Both the position numbers and the translations under genes were made by a program. A stretch of 64,000 nt of DNA from an uncultured delta proteobacterium (GTDB taxonomy: Bacteria > Myxococcota_A > Polyangia > Fen-1088): contig CAVTRY010000011.1 in NCBI GenBank assembly GCA_963737265.1, positions 224,001-288,000 on the forward strand, written 5' to 3'. Below are positions 10,007 to 22,616 of the stretch, piece after piece; the stretch's first letter is position 1, and every line of letters starts with the position of its first letter. Under the pieces are notes generated by a model. It did no database searches. It saw only the letters and a program-made list of their open reading frames with translations, and was not told where the DNA came from.

Positions 10007-11326
10007 TCAGTCGTAGTACTCGGCACCCAAGTGCGTAATCAGCTCTTCACCGTGCAAATATCGCAAGGTGTTCTTGAGCTTCATGAGCTGGATGAAGGTG
10101 TCGTGTTCGGGATAAAGGCCGGGCGCGGTCATCGGGCTCTTCCAGTAGAAAGACAGCCATTCCTGCACACCGGAGAGGCCGGAGCGCTGGGCGAGATCCA
10201 TGAACAGCGCCAGGTCGAGCACCACGGGTGCGGCTAGGATCGAGTCGCGGCACAGGAAGTTGATCTTGATTTGCATCGGATAGCCCATCCATCCGAAGAT
10301 GTCGATGTTGTCCCAACCCTCTTTGTTGTCACCGCGGGGTGGGTAATAGTTGATGCGGACCACGTGGCACATTTTGCCGTAGAGGTCGGGATAGAGCGCC
10401 GGTTGCATGATGTGTTCGAGCGCGCCGAGCTTTGACACTTCTTTGGTCTTGTGCGACTCGGGATCGTCGAGGACCTCGCCGTCGCGATTGCCGAGGATGT
10501 TGGTCGAGTACCAACCGTCGATGCCGAGCAAGCGCGCCTTGAGGCCCGGCGAGATGATGGTCTTCATGAAGGTTTGGCCGGTCTTGAAGTCCTTGCCCGA
10601 GACGGGTACCTCATTTTTCTTGGCCAGCTCCAGCAGAGCGGGCGTGTCCAGCGTGAGGTTGGGCGCGCCGTTGGCGAAGGGAACGCGACACTTGAGCGCG
10701 GCGTAGGCGTAGATCTGCGACGGCGCGATTTCGGGGTCGCTGTCGCGCAAGCCCTTCTCGAAGCTGGCCAGCGTCGCGTGAACCGGGGCGACTTCGTGGT
10801 AGGCCTCGGTCGAGCCACACCAGACCATCACCAGACGATCGACCTTTTCCGTTTTGCGGAAGTTCTCGATGTCGGCGATGACTTGTTCGGCCAGATCGAA
10901 CTTCGACTTGCCCTTCTTGGCGTGGGTTGCGGTCAGCCGCTTGACGTACGACTGTTCGAACACCGACGTCATGGGCTTGATACTGGAGAGGAATTCCTTG
11001 CTTTGCGCCAGATGGTCCTTGGTCAGCACGCCGGCCTTGCTCGCTGCCTGGTAGGCGTCGTCCGGAAAAAGGTCCCAGCCGCCGAACACGATGTCGTTCA
11101 GGTTTGCCAGGGGAAGAAAATCCTTGATCATCGGCGACCGGTTTTCGGTGCGCTTGCCCAGTCGGATGGTTCCCATCTGGGTCAGCGAACCGATGGGTTT
11201 GGCGAGTCCGCGCCGGACGGCGTCGACCCCCGCCATGAACGTCGTGGCGACGGCCCCCAATCCAGGCGTAAGAATTCCGAGTCTCCCGGTGGCGGGCTTG
11301 ATCTCGACGGGCTTCGTAAGTGGCAT
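10007..11326 (-). CDS. ino1: myo-inositol-1-phosphate synthase
   Basis: GLGAVATTF, FGGWD, GKDFKTGQT, NILGNRDG, CRDSILAAP. Confidence 0.93.
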   Translation of the reverse strand: MPLTKPVEIKPATGRLGILTPGLGAVATTFMAGVDAVRRGLAKPIGSLTQMGTIRLGKRTENRSPMIKDFLPLANLNDIVFGGWDLFPDDAYQAASKAGVLTKDHLAQSKEFLSSIKPMTSVFEQSYVKRLTATHAKKGKSKFDLAEQVIADIENFRKTEKVDRLVMVWCGSTEAYHEVAPVHATLASFEKGLRDSDPEIAPSQIYAYAALKCRVPFANGAPNLTLDTPALLELAKKNEVPVSGKDFKTGQTFMKTIISPGLKARLLGIDGWYSTNILGNRDGEVLDDPESHKTKEVSKLGALEHIMQPALYPDLYGKMCHVVRINYYPPRGDNKEGWDNIDIFGWMGYPMQIKINFLCRDSILAAPVVLDLALFMDLAQRSGLSGVQEWLSFYWKSPMTAPGLYPEHDTFIQLMKLKNTLRYLHGEELITHLGAEYYD

Positions 11327-11449
11327 TCTGTTGCTCCTTCCTTTTCGAAGCCTTCGGCTAGCAAGTCGCGGGCCGAGTTTCGATGCCTAATGAAATCGCT
11401 TCATTGTGCTTCCATGGTTGGTGAAATGTGGTAAGAACCTGACTCCTTT

Positions 11450-11570
11450 AAACACCACACGCTGACCGAGAGGGCCGCGCGTGCCTGCTGAATGTTCGGA
11501 GCATGTCCGACGTTTGGTTGGTCTTGGCCATCGCAGACGGAAGCGGCGGAAAAACAACGCGAGAGGAAAA
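11450..11570 (+). promoter_or_regulatory. putative rpsB leader RNA (S2 autoregulatory, t44-like)
   Basis: Long 5' region before rpsB beginning CACCACACGC and ending CGGAAGCGGCGGAAAAACAAC. Positional inference; not covariance-tested. Confidence 0.45.
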
Positions 11571-11571
11571 C

Positions 11572-12513
11572 ATGGAAAACACACCAGACGGCCAGCCGGC
11601 CGCCGAGACGTCCGCACCCATTTCGACCCCGACCGAAAACCCGATGGCGGTGATCGACACGCCCCTCACCATGCGCGACATGATGGAAGCGGGCGTTCAC
11701 TTTGGTCACCAGACCACGCGCTGGAATCCCAAGATGAAGCCGTACATCTTCGGCGCGCGCAACGGGATCCACATCATTGATCTCCAGTACTCGGTCAAGG
11801 CGTTCAAGCGCGCCTTCGATTTCCTCGTGCGCACTGTCGCCGAGGGCAAGCCGGTGCTGTTCGTTGGCACCAAGAAGCAGGCCCAAGACGTGGTTCGCGA
11901 GGAATCTACCCGCGGCGGCCAATTTTACGTGACCAACCGCTGGCTCGGCGGCACGCTGACAAATTTTCACACTGTGAAAGGATCGATCGAACGCCTGCAG
12001 GCCATCGAGAAAATGTCCACCGACGGTACCTTCGAGCGTCTGACCAAGAAAGAGGTCATCCGTATCACGCGCGAGCAGGAGAAGCTGGAGAAAGCCCTGG
12101 GTGGCATCAAGTCCATGGGCGAGCTTCCGGGCGCGGTGTTCATCGTGGACGTGGTCAAGGAGCACATCGCCGTCAGCGAGGCGCGCAAGCTTGAGATCCC
12201 CATCGTCGCGATGGTGGATACCAACTGCAATCCGGACTTGATCAACTACGCGATTCCCGGCAACGACGACGCAATTCGGGCCATTCGCTTGTTCGCGGCC
12301 AAGGTCGCCGACGCTTGCATCATCGGCCAGAGGGTTGCGCGCGAGCGCGCCGCCACGTCGCGATCATCGTCTGCTTCGGACGGCGAGTCGGCGGTCCAGA
12401 CCATCCGCGTTTCGTCGGGCGGCGAAGGTCCAAAAGTCGAGGTGGTTTCTCGCCGGCGGGGCGAAATGCCCACGCCCGAGGCCGCCGCGTCGCCCGAGGA
12501 CGCGAGCGAGTAG
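11572..12513 (+). CDS. rpsB: 30S ribosomal protein S2
   Basis: [37 protein letters not shown]. Confidence 0.98.
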   Translation: MENTPDGQPAAETSAPISTPTENPMAVIDTPLTMRDMMEAGVHFGHQTTRWNPKMKPYIFGARNGIHIIDLQYSVKAFKRAFDFLVRTVAEGKPVLFVGTKKQAQDVVREESTRGGQFYVTNRWLGGTLTNFHTVKGSIERLQAIEKMSTDGTFERLTKKEVIRITREQEKLEKALGGIKSMGELPGAVFIVDVVKEHIAVSEARKLEIPIVAMVDTNCNPDLINYAIPGNDDAIRAIRLFAAKVADACIIGQRVARERAATSRSSSASDGESAVQTIRVSSGGEGPKVEVVSRRRGEMPTPEAAASPEDASE

Positions 12514-12567
12514 GTCTGGTCTTTTTCGTTGGTCTTTTTCGTCTTCGGATTCTAGGAGTCGTTAGCC

Positions 12568-13227
12568 ATGGCTGAAGTTACCACCCAGATGATCAAGGAT
12601 CTGCGCGAGCGCACCCAGGCCGGCATGTCGGACTGCAAGAAGGCACTCACCGAGTGCGATGCCGACATGGACAAGGCCATCGAGTACTTGCGCAAGAAGG
12701 GCATCGCCCAGGCCGCCAAGAAGGCCACGCGCATTGCCTCGGAAGGCATCATCGCGAGCTACATGCACGGTTCGCGTATCGGCGTCATGGTCGAGGTGAA
12801 CTGCGAGACGGACTTCGTTTCGCGCAACCCCGATTTTCAGGTGTTCGCGCGCGAGGTGGCAATGCAGGTCGCCGCGATGAGCCCGCAGTATGTGTCGCAG
12901 GATGAGATTCCTGCCGCCGTAGTTGAGCAGGAAAAAGCCATCCGCATGGAGCAGGCTCGTCTGCAGAACAAGCCCGAGCCGGTGCTTCAGAAGATCGTCG
13001 ATGGGCAGATCGCCAAATGGTTCAAAGAGGTCTGCCTCATGGACCAGACTTGGATCAAGGATCCCGACGGCAAGAAGGATATCAAAAGTTTGCTCACGGA
13101 TCTGGTGGGCAAGATCGGGGAGAACATCAAGGTTCGTCGATTCGCGCGCTACGAAGTCGGCGAGGGCTTGGCCAAGCGAGCCGACGATTTCGTCGAGGAA
13201 GTGAAGCGCCAGGCCGGCCAGAGCTGA
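12568..13227 (+). CDS. tsf: elongation factor Ts (short form)
   Basis: LRERTQAGMSDCKKAL, EVNCETDFV. Confidence 0.98.
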   Translation: MAEVTTQMIKDLRERTQAGMSDCKKALTECDADMDKAIEYLRKKGIAQAAKKATRIASEGIIASYMHGSRIGVMVEVNCETDFVSRNPDFQVFAREVAMQVAAMSPQYVSQDEIPAAVVEQEKAIRMEQARLQNKPEPVLQKIVDGQIAKWFKEVCLMDQTWIKDPDGKKDIKSLLTDLVGKIGENIKVRRFARYEVGEGLAKRADDFVEEVKRQAGQS

Positions 13228-13231
13228 TTGA

Positions 13232-14729
<1,498 letters not shown>

Positions 14730-14790
14730 AGAGGTGTCCCATCGCTCGCGCGAGTGATAGACACGTCTTGAGGTCGGCGCCGGCCGATGT

Positions 14791-15189
14791 CTACGTCGAG
14801 GGGGCCAGACCACTGGCGGCGTTCTTGTCGTAGGTAAGGCGCGCGACGTCGACCTGGTTGATGGCGAAGCGCAGGGTGGTTCCGTTGCCCTTGAGCAGCC
14901 CTTCGCGCTGAAAAAGGTAATAGGTCCGCAGGCCTTCGCGCACGGGTGGCTCGCCCTGCGATTGCTTGCCTGGGATGCCGCTCATGATCAGGATTCTTTC
15001 GCCGGGCTGGAGCACGAAGCCCGGATCGATCTGCCCCATAACCGAGCCACGTTTGCCGGGGCGGCTGACGATCACCTGCAGTCCGGCCGTACTCACGGCC
15101 GTGGCGCCAGTGTTGGCCAGGATAAAGTATTCCTGGTTGACCTTTTTGCTGTCGGGGGCGGCGTGCACTTCTTCGAAAACGAGTGGCAT
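14791..15189 (-). CDS. hypothetical protein, lamin-tail-domain-like
   Basis: NQEYFILANTG...V...GL...FVLQPGERI pattern resembles an LTD. Confidence 0.6.
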   Translation of the reverse strand: MPLVFEEVHAAPDSKKVNQEYFILANTGATAVSTAGLQVIVSRPGKRGSVMGQIDPGFVLQPGERILIMSGIPGKQSQGEPPVREGLRTYYLFQREGLLKGNGTTLRFAINQVDVARLTYDKNAASGLAPST

Positions 15190-15320
15190 GGGCCTGGTTA
15201 TAGTCCGAGCTGCCAGGAAACGACAATGCCTGAGACGAAACGGGCGTTTTGCTTCGAGTCCGCGCGATGTGGGAGGGTTGGGCTCCTGTATTTCTAGAAG
15301 TCCATGCTAGAGTCCGCGCG

Positions 15321-15599
15321 ATGACCAAGCTGGAAGTTGACATCGCCCACAGCCTCAGTCGCGACGAGGCCCGGTCGCGTATCGACCAGGTCACGGCAAA
15401 ACTGGCCCGCGATTTCAGCGCCGAGTGCAACTGGGACGGTGTCGGCCGGCTGGTCGTCAAGCGCAAGGGCTTGCAGGCGTTCCTGGATATTGCGGACGAC
15501 CGGGTCCATGTCGACATGGAGCTGGGCATGTTCATGCGACCGTTCGCGGGTACGATTCGCGCGGGGATCGCCAGACAGCTGGCCGAGATCCTGGCTTAG
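15321..15599 (+). CDS. polyhydroxyalkanoic acid system family protein
   Basis: IAHSLSRDEARSRI...W.G..L..KRKG...V.V..ELG pattern. Confidence 0.75.
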   Translation: MTKLEVDIAHSLSRDEARSRIDQVTAKLARDFSAECNWDGVGRLVVKRKGLQAFLDIADDRVHVDMELGMFMRPFAGTIRAGIARQLAEILA

Positions 15600-15784
15600 T
15601 ACAGCTTCCCGCTCTCGCTGGCCGGGCGTCTCGGCGGCCGAAACATGGCCGACCTGTTCTAGTTCTCTAACCGTTCTCTTGCGAGGATGCTTTACCCTCG
15701 ATCTGCGCGCTGCTATAAAGGCAGTCGCTCGCTTTCGTAGTTCGAGCACAGGATTCTTCCGCCCCTCACCCGACGGAGACAAAC

Positions 15785-17755
15785 ATGGATTTCCGACGAA
15801 CCGCGATCGGTCTGGCCTTGGCATCTGTTGTGACGGCAGCCAGCGTCTCGGCGCAAGCGCAGGCTCCTCTAGGGCAGCTCACAAGTGCGCCTGTCGACCT
15901 TCAGGTGTTCCGACCCGCAGCCGACACCAAGGGGTACATCACCCTGAACGGCGCGCAGGTCTTGGCGCCGCTGGATGTCTCGTTCGGGATTGTGTCCACG
16001 GGTGCCTGGCGGCCGCTCAAATTGCAGGGCGGAAACATCGATCTCGGTGGCGGACAGACGGGTGCGTCGTCGCTGACGATCAAGTACCTGATCACGACGA
16101 CCCTGCAAGGGGCAATCGGCCTGTTCCAGACCGATCACATTGGGTTGCAGCTCGGGATCGGTCTTCCCCTGGGCGTCGTGAACGGCGAAGCCTTGCCCTA
16201 TGATGGCAATGGCCAGCCGGTCACCGCGCAGACCCACTACTTGACCAACTATCAGGGCGTCGGGGATCTGTCCGTCCAGCCCAAGATTCGGTTGCTCAAC
16301 CCCAGCCGCCTACCAGTCGGCGTGGCGATCATTCCCGGCTTCATTCTGCCGACTGGCGACAAGGCCAAGTTCCTCGGCGAAGGCCAGACCATTTTTCAGC
16401 CGCAAGCCATCGTGGAGGCAAATTGGGGCCGTTACGGCGTGTTTCGTACCGCGCTCAACCTCGGAATGCGACTTCGCACAAGCGGCGCGTCTCAGTTCTT
16501 GGACAGTCAACAGTTCTATAACCGCCCGGTTAACGGAAACCCCGGCAACACCAACGCTGGTATCAAGGTCGGCAACGAGCTCCTCGCCGGGGTCGCTGCT
16601 TCGTGGGGCATCGTTCCCTTCGTGTTCGACCTGGTCGGCGAATTTTACACTTTCACAGGGCTCGACTCGAAAAAGATCAATTTCGACGGCACGCAGTCGT
16701 CGATGGGTCCGGGCGGCGAGGCGGTGGTGGGAATCAAGGCCTACCTCGCCCCCAATTCGTTCTTCGAGGCAGGCGGCGGCTACGGCGTCTTGCCGACGTC
16801 CTATGGCACCACCCAGGGGCGTTTGTTCTTGGGCATCGTGTTCGAGCCGGGCGCGGGCGACCGCGATGGCGACGGCATCAAGGACGACGTGGACAAGTGT
16901 CCCGACGATCCGGAAGACTTCGATGGCTTCGAGGACGAGGACGGCTGTCCCGACCCGGACAACGACAAGGACGGCGTTCCCGACGTGCTCGACAAGTGTC
17001 CGAACGTGCCCGGGCCGCGCGAGAACGACGGTTGCCCGATGCATGCCGTGCACGACCGCGACGGCGATGGCATCCCGGACGAGATCGACAAGTGCCCGGA
17101 CGAGCCGGAGGACTTTGACGGCTTCGAAGACGAGGACGGCTGTCCCGATCCGGACAACGACAAGGACGGCATCCCGGACAAGCTCGACCTGTGCCCGAAC
17201 GATCCGGAAGACTTCGACGGCTTCGAAGACGAGGACGGCTGCCCCGACCCGGACAACGACCACGACCGCATCCCGGACGCCCAGGACAAATGCCCGAACG
17301 AGCCCGAAACCTACAACGGCTTCGAGGACGAGGACGGCTGCCCTGACAAGGGCCTGGTCATCGTCCAGCGCGGCAAGCTCGAGATTCTCGACAAGATTTA
17401 CTTCGAAACCGACAAGGATGTCATCAAGGAGCAGAGCTTCCCGCTGCTCGACGCCATCGCCGCGACGATCAAGGGGCATCCGGAAATCGCTCTTATCGAA
17501 ATCCAGGGCCACGCCGACGAGCGCGGTGACGACGAACACAACCTAGATCTGACGGACAGGCGCGCGCATTCAGTCATGCGGGCGCTCGAAGACCGCGGGG
17601 TCGAGCTTGGCCGCCTCAAGGCGCGTGGCTACGGCGAAACCAAGCCGATCTGTACCCAACACAACGAAGAATGCTGGAGTAAGAACCGTCGCGTCGAATT
17701 CATCATCTTGAAGCGCGTCGACGAGCAGATTTTGCAGAACGACTCTGGCCAGTAG
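15785..17755 (+). CDS. outer-membrane beta-barrel / thrombospondin type 3 repeat / OmpA-domain protein (TraB-like architecture)
   Basis: Signal peptide, beta-rich N-terminal half, DxDGDGIPDxxDKCPxxPEDFDGFEDEDGCP repeats, and OmpA C-terminus (IQGHADERG...NRRVEF). Confidence 0.88.
   Translation: MDFRRTAIGLALASVVTAASVSAQAQAPLGQLTSAPVDLQVFRPAADTKGYITLNGAQVLAPLDVSFGIVSTGAWRPLKLQGGNIDLGGGQTGASSLTIKYLITTTLQGAIGLFQTDHIGLQLGIGLPLGVVNGEALPYDGNGQPVTAQTHYLTNYQGVGDLSVQPKIRLLNPSRLPVGVAIIPGFILPTGDKAKFLGEGQTIFQPQAIVEANWGRYGVFRTALNLGMRLRTSGASQFLDSQQFYNRPVNGNPGNTNAGIKVGNELLAGVAASWGIVPFVFDLVGEFYTFTGLDSKKINFDGTQSSMGPGGEAVVGIKAYLAPNSFFEAGGGYGVLPTSYGTTQGRLFLGIVFEPGAGDRDGDGIKDDVDKCPDDPEDFDGFEDEDGCPDPDNDKDGVPDVLDKCPNVPGPRENDGCPMHAVHDRDGDGIPDEIDKCPDEPEDFDGFEDEDGCPDPDNDKDGIPDKLDLCPNDPEDFDGFEDEDGCPDPDNDHDRIPDAQDKCPNEPETYNGFEDEDGCPDKGLVIVQRGKLEILDKIYFETDKDVIKEQSFPLLDAIAATIKGHPEIALIEIQGHADERGDDEHNLDLTDRRAHSVMRALEDRGVELGRLKARGYGETKPICTQHNEECWSKNRRVEFIILKRVDEQILQNDSGQ
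16857..17350 (+). repeat. intragenic repeats encoding TSP3 calcium-binding units
   Basis: Four copies of (G)GCTTCGA(A/G)GACGAGGACGGCTG, the last three ~99 bp apart. Confidence 0.85.
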
Positions 17756-17885
17756 TTGTCTCAAGTCGGTGTATGGAGCGCAGGGAGCGCTCCCTGCTGG
17801 CGCGGAAAGCGAATGAGGTTCTTCTTGACTCGGCCTCTGTGTGGGTTATTAACAACCACCCGATTGTCTGGGGCGCGGGTTTCCA

Positions 17886-19727
17886 TTGCCTTTGTTGCCA
17901 CGCGAGAAAATTGACGACGTCCGCGAACGTACGAACATCGTCGACGTCGTCAAACGGTATGTGGAGCTCAAGCGAGCCGGCACGGGAAGTTGGAAAGGTC
18001 TTTGCCCATTTCACGCGGAAAAAACGCCGTCCTTCCATGTCCATGAGCAGCGCCAGTTTTTTCACTGTTTTGGGTGCGGCGAGAAGGGCGACGTCTTCTC
18101 GTTCCTCGTCAAAATCGAGCAGCGCTCGTTCATGGAAGTGCTGCGCGACCTGGCCCGGCAATCGGGCGTCGACATGCCAGAGCCAACCCTATCCCCGGCC
18201 GAACGCCAAGCCGCCGCGGAGGCCGAGTCCGAACGCGAGCGGATGTTGCGCGCCATGGAAGAGGCGACCCGCTTTTACGAGACGCAATTGGCTGGACAGG
18301 CGGGATCTGCCGCGCGCGACTACCTCGACAAGCGCGGGATCTCGAAAGCAACAGCCGAGCTTTTCCGCGTGGGCTACGCGCCTCCCGGTTGGGATGCTTT
18401 ACAGAAGCACCTTTCTTCCCAGAACGTGGCGGCTTCCCTGGCGGAGCGCTTGGGGTTGGTCGGCAGCAACGAACGTGGCCGCTACGACTTCTTCCGCGAT
18501 CGGGTCATGCTGCCCGTGCTGGACAAGCAAAAGCGCCCTGTCGGTTTCTCGTCGCGACTTCTCGACCCAGACGCCAAGGAGCGCAAGTACGTCAACTCGC
18601 CCGATTCACCGCTATTTCACAAGAAGGAAAACCTTTACGGCCTGCACGCGGCGCTCGACGCCATTCGGCGGAGCGGAACCGCCATTCTCGTGGAAGGCAA
18701 CTTCGACGTGATGGCCCTTCATGAAGCCGGCATCGAAGGGGCTGTGGCGCCGATGGGCACCGCTCTCACCGTCGAGCAAATCAAGCTGCTGTCGCGCGCC
18801 GCCAAGCGCATCGTGGTGATATTTGACGGCGACAACGCCGGCTCGCGCGCGGCGGAAAAGGCCGTTCCCCTCGCCGTGGAGGCGGGCTTGTTCTTCGCCG
18901 AAGCAGACGCGGACGGCCGCGTGGCCGAGATGCCTGCGGGCATGGATCCCGATGAGTTCGTCCGCGCGCAAGGCGCCGATGCGTTCCGCGCCGTCGTGGC
19001 GCAGGCCAGGCCCATGCTGGACCACCTTATTCAGTGCGCTTCCGACGATGCGACCATTCCCGGTAAGGCCAATACCGTCAAGCGCGTGGTAGATGTGCTG
19101 GCCAAAGTGAGAAATCCTCTCGTCCGCGATCTCTATGTCCGCGATCTCGCGGCCAAGCTGGGCGTGCCGGTGGCGCAGGTCATGCGCATGGTGCGCGAGT
19201 CCAGCCATCGAGCGCCGGGGGGCGGCGCCGTGGCGCCCGCAGCGGCGGCGCCGGCTGGGCAAGAGCGCCGGGCACCTCAGCCCGACGAGCTCGATGCCCT
19301 GGTGTTGCTCGTCACGCATCCAGAGCTGGCGGCCAGCGTGGAGGCGCAGCGGATTCTCGAGCTCCTGCGCGACCCTGGCATTCGGCAAATCTATGGGACC
19401 GCGCTCGATGCCTTGCGCGCGGGATGCCGTCCCGACGTGCCAGCTTGGCTCGACAGCGGTCCGCCGGATATCCGCGAGCATGTGGGCGCGGCGCTGATGG
19501 ACGGCCGGTGGTCTGCCTTGGAGGCCGCCGACGAGGCCTTGCGTGCGTTGGTGCTCAAATTGGACCGCTCGCGGGTTGATGCAGAACTAGCTCTGGCGCA
19601 GCGCCAACACCGAGAAGCGCTGGCACGAGGGGACGAAGAAGAAGCGCGTGCCATCTCCATGCGGGAGATGGAATTGATAAGAACCAAGTTGGGGCTAGGA
19701 AACCAGAGTAAAGGCATGGCGACATGA
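17886..19727 (+). CDS. dnaG: DNA primase
   Basis: [15 protein letters not shown] zinc finger, KYVNSP, VEGNFDV, FDGD Toprim motif. Confidence 0.97.
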   Translation: MPLLPREKIDDVRERTNIVDVVKRYVELKRAGTGSWKGLCPFHAEKTPSFHVHEQRQFFHCFGCGEKGDVFSFLVKIEQRSFMEVLRDLARQSGVDMPEPTLSPAERQAAAEAESERERMLRAMEEATRFYETQLAGQAGSAARDYLDKRGISKATAELFRVGYAPPGWDALQKHLSSQNVAASLAERLGLVGSNERGRYDFFRDRVMLPVLDKQKRPVGFSSRLLDPDAKERKYVNSPDSPLFHKKENLYGLHAALDAIRRSGTAILVEGNFDVMALHEAGIEGAVAPMGTALTVEQIKLLSRAAKRIVVIFDGDNAGSRAAEKAVPLAVEAGLFFAEADADGRVAEMPAGMDPDEFVRAQGADAFRAVVAQARPMLDHLIQCASDDATIPGKANTVKRVVDVLAKVRNPLVRDLYVRDLAAKLGVPVAQVMRMVRESSHRAPGGGAVAPAAAAPAGQERRAPQPDELDALVLLVTHPELAASVEAQRILELLRDPGIRQIYGTALDALRAGCRPDVPAWLDSGPPDIREHVGAALMDGRWSALEAADEALRALVLKLDRSRVDAELALAQRQHREALARGDEEEARAISMREMELIRTKLGLGNQSKGMAT

Positions 19728-21607
19728 TCGAGGATGCCGAGGACCGAGTAAGCGACGACAACCAGGACGACGACGACCTTGAGGAAGTGAGCAAGCAGCT
19801 TGCGGCCAAGAAAGGCTCCGCCAACAAGGAGAGCGAGCGCAAGAAGCGCGAGCTCATCACGATGGGCAAGGCCAAGGGCTTCCTGACCTACGACGAGGTC
19901 AACGACCACATGCCCGAGAACATCGTGTCGTCCGACCAAATCGACGATTGGCTGTCGACGCTGGGTGGTGAGGGCATCGAAATCGTCGATGCCTCGACCC
20001 AGGTCAAGGTCGAGGACAAGGCGCCAGCGGCCCCCGAAGCGGAAGCCGAGGAAGAGGCCGAAGCCGAGCCCGCGCCCCGCGCGGCTGAAGTCGAGGAAGA
20101 GGAGGAGGACGACGGTTACTCTAAGACCAACGATCCGGTGCGTATGTATTTGCGCAAGATGGGGTCTGTTTCTCTGCTTACCCGCGAAGGCGAAGTCGAG
20201 ATCGCGAAGCGCATCGAAGACGGCGAGCGCCGCGTGCTGCAGGTCGTGCTCAACTCGTCGGTCGCCATCGAAGAAATCCTGGAGCTCGGCGACAAGCTGC
20301 GTAAGCAGAAGATCCGGGTCAAGGAAGTCGTCAAGGACGCGGACGAGGACGACGCGGAGTTTGACGAGTCTTTCCACGTCGAGCGCGTGTGTAAGATCAT
20401 CGACAAGGTCCGTCACGCCTTCAAGGATCTGGAAAAGGTCGAGGACAAAAAAGGCCAGCGTGGTCTGTCCGACAGCACGAAGCGCAAGGCGAAGTCGCAG
20501 GTCGCGGCGCTCAAGCAAGATCTGCTCGATGCCTTGCAGGAGCTGCGGCTCAACAAGAAGCAGATCGATCGCATTGTGGTCCGCCTCAAGGGTCTGGTTT
20601 CGCGTATCGAATCGGCCCGGCGCGAGATCGCAGACTGCGAGCAGCGCGCCGGCATGAACGAGAAAGAGTTCAAGAAGACCCTGCGTGAGATCCGCGCGTC
20701 GCCGCTGCGTCAGCGCGCGGTGGCCAAGAAGCTCGGCGTGCGCGCCGAGGAGCTCGAAGAGATCTCCGAGATCATCGCCAACGCACGCAAGAAGGTCAAG
20801 AAGATCGAGGAAGAGGCAACCCTCGACGAGTCCAGCCTGCGCGATACCGTGCGGGAAATTCAGGATGGCGAGCGGCAGGCGGAGCAGGCCAAGGCCGAGT
20901 TGGTGGAAGCCAACTTGCGCCTGGTCGTCTCCATCGCCAAGAAGTACACCAACCGCGGCTTGCAGTTCCTGGACTTGATCCAGGAGGGCAACATCGGACT
21001 CATGAAAGCCGTCGACAAATTCGAATACCGCCGCGGCTACAAGTTCTCGACCTACGCCACATGGTGGATTCGCCAAGCCATCACGCGCGCCATTGCCGAC
21101 CAGGCGCGGACCATCCGCATCCCGGTCCACATGATCGAGACCATCAACAAGCTCATCCGCACCAGCCGCTATCTGGTGCAGGAGCTGGGGCGCGAGGCGA
21201 CGCCAGAAGAAATCGCCGAGAAGATGGAGCTGCCGCTCGATAAGGTCCGCAAGGTCCTCAAGATCGCTAAGGAGCCAATCTCGCTCGAAACCCCGATTGG
21301 CGAAGAGGAAGACTCGCATCTCGGCGACTTCATCGAGGACAAGAGCATCGTCTCGCCCGCCGACGCAGTCATCTCGATGAACCTGGCCGAGCAGACGCGC
21401 AAGGTGTTGGCCACGCTGACCCCGCGCGAGGAAAAAGTTCTGCGCATGCGTTTTGGCATCGGCGAAAAGTCGGATCACACCTTGGAAGAGGTCGGGCAGG
21501 ACTTCGAGGTCACGCGCGAGCGTATCCGGCAGATCGAAGCCAAGGCTCTGCGCAAGCTACGTCATCCGTCGCGCAGCAAGCGTCTCAAGAGCTTCATGGA
21601 GAGCTAA
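19724..21607 (+). CDS. rpoD: primary sigma factor sigma-70
   Basis: [51 protein letters not shown]. Confidence 0.99.
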   Translation: MIEDAEDRVSDDNQDDDDLEEVSKQLAAKKGSANKESERKKRELITMGKAKGFLTYDEVNDHMPENIVSSDQIDDWLSTLGGEGIEIVDASTQVKVEDKAPAAPEAEAEEEAEAEPAPRAAEVEEEEEDDGYSKTNDPVRMYLRKMGSVSLLTREGEVEIAKRIEDGERRVLQVVLNSSVAIEEILELGDKLRKQKIRVKEVVKDADEDDAEFDESFHVERVCKIIDKVRHAFKDLEKVEDKKGQRGLSDSTKRKAKSQVAALKQDLLDALQELRLNKKQIDRIVVRLKGLVSRIESARREIADCEQRAGMNEKEFKKTLREIRASPLRQRAVAKKLGVRAEELEEISEIIANARKKVKKIEEEATLDESSLRDTVREIQDGERQAEQAKAELVEANLRLVVSIAKKYTNRGLQFLDLIQEGNIGLMKAVDKFEYRRGYKFSTYATWWIRQAITRAIADQARTIRIPVHMIETINKLIRTSRYLVQELGREATPEEIAEKMELPLDKVRKVLKIAKEPISLETPIGEEEDSHLGDFIEDKSIVSPADAVISMNLAEQTRKVLATLTPREEKVLRMRFGIGEKSDHTLEEVGQDFEVTRERIRQIEAKALRKLRHPSRSKRLKSFMES

Positions 21608-22541
21608 CAGGCAGCGCGGCGTCTGCGAGGAGGTCGGCCAAGAGGGCGATCTCGTGCGGGCCGAGATCGTTGGTAGGCAAACGCGGGAGCTCAAGCATGG
21701 GCAGTGCAGGGTCGCCGGCCAAGCCGGCCACGATGCGCTCGGCATCGCGGCGGCGCGCCGCCAGCACGGCCGCGCCCGCCAGAAGGCCGGCCAACCGGGT
21801 GGGCGGCGGCACGCTGGCACCCGCCACAAGAATTTTTTCAATGCCTGGATCGCCGGCCTCGACCGGCGGCATTCCGTTCACCACGAGGGGCCCCTGCGGC
21901 ATCCCCAGCGCGCGGATGTCGCGCGCTAGGGTCACGGTCTCGCGCGCGGGCAGCTCCTCGGCTAGCGTCACGAGGACAACCGAAGTCTGACTGGCATCGG
22001 ACAGTAAGGCTCTGGCCAGGGCCGCGTCGCGCGCCAGCGGCCCCTTGGGCATCGCCTGCTGGACGGCGTCCGGGATGCGCAGCATCGCCACTGCGTGCCC
22101 GGAGGCCGGCCCGTCGAGAATGACTAGGTCGTATTTGCGCCGTCCGTTCACGCGTTCGGTGGTGTGCCACCAAGCCTTGCCGAGCATGCTCCAGTAGTCG
22201 AGGCCAGGAAACGCGCCGAGGAAGCTGCGCATGGGCTTGTTCTCAAACAGCGCGCGGTAGAGCGACTCGTACTTGAGAACCATGACGCCGTACTCGTGCA
22301 GCGCCACCTTGGGGTCGATGTTGACGGCGAAGAGCCGATCATCGATGGCTGTGACCGTTGAGCCGATGGCGCTCGCGCTGCCGAGCAATCGTCCGAGACG
22401 TTCGGGCGCGTGTGTCTGCGCGAGCAGGACGCGCTTGCCCAGGCTGGTCGCCGCGCGGGCCAGCGCGGCCGCGATCGTGGTTCGCCCGACGCCACCCTTC
22501 CCGGCAACGAGCAAAAATCGCCGGTCGAGAAGGTGTTTCAT
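21594..22541 (-). CDS. ArsA/Get3-family ATPase
   Basis: [10 protein letters not shown]-loop, [20 protein letters not shown]. Confidence 0.85.
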   Translation of the reverse strand: MKHLLDRRFLLVAGKGGVGRTTIAAALARAATSLGKRVLLAQTHAPERLGRLLGSASAIGSTVTAIDDRLFAVNIDPKVALHEYGVMVLKYESLYRALFENKPMRSFLGAFPGLDYWSMLGKAWWHTTERVNGRRKYDLVILDGPASGHAVAMLRIPDAVQQAMPKGPLARDAALARALLSDASQTSVVLVTLAEELPARETVTLARDIRALGMPQGPLVVNGMPPVEAGDPGIEKILVAGASVPPPTRLAGLLAGAAVLAARRRDAERIVAGLAGDPALPMLELPRLPTNDLGPHEIALLADLLADAALPVSSP

Positions 22542-22616
22542 GACCACCACTGGCCGTTGCGAGAATCCAAGAAGGGTATTGCGAGCACCATGGGCCTGGA
22601 TGCCTATAATGCGTCG

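Noticed and set aside
16857-17350. Regularly spaced repeats as a possible CRISPR array
   Set aside because: They are in-frame coding TSP3 repeats with no unique spacers and no cas genes.
19391-21478. Long antisense ORFs (also 50682..52532, 53090..55093, 47056..48825)
   Set aside because: Shadow ORFs opposite clear genes, expected from high-GC codon bias.
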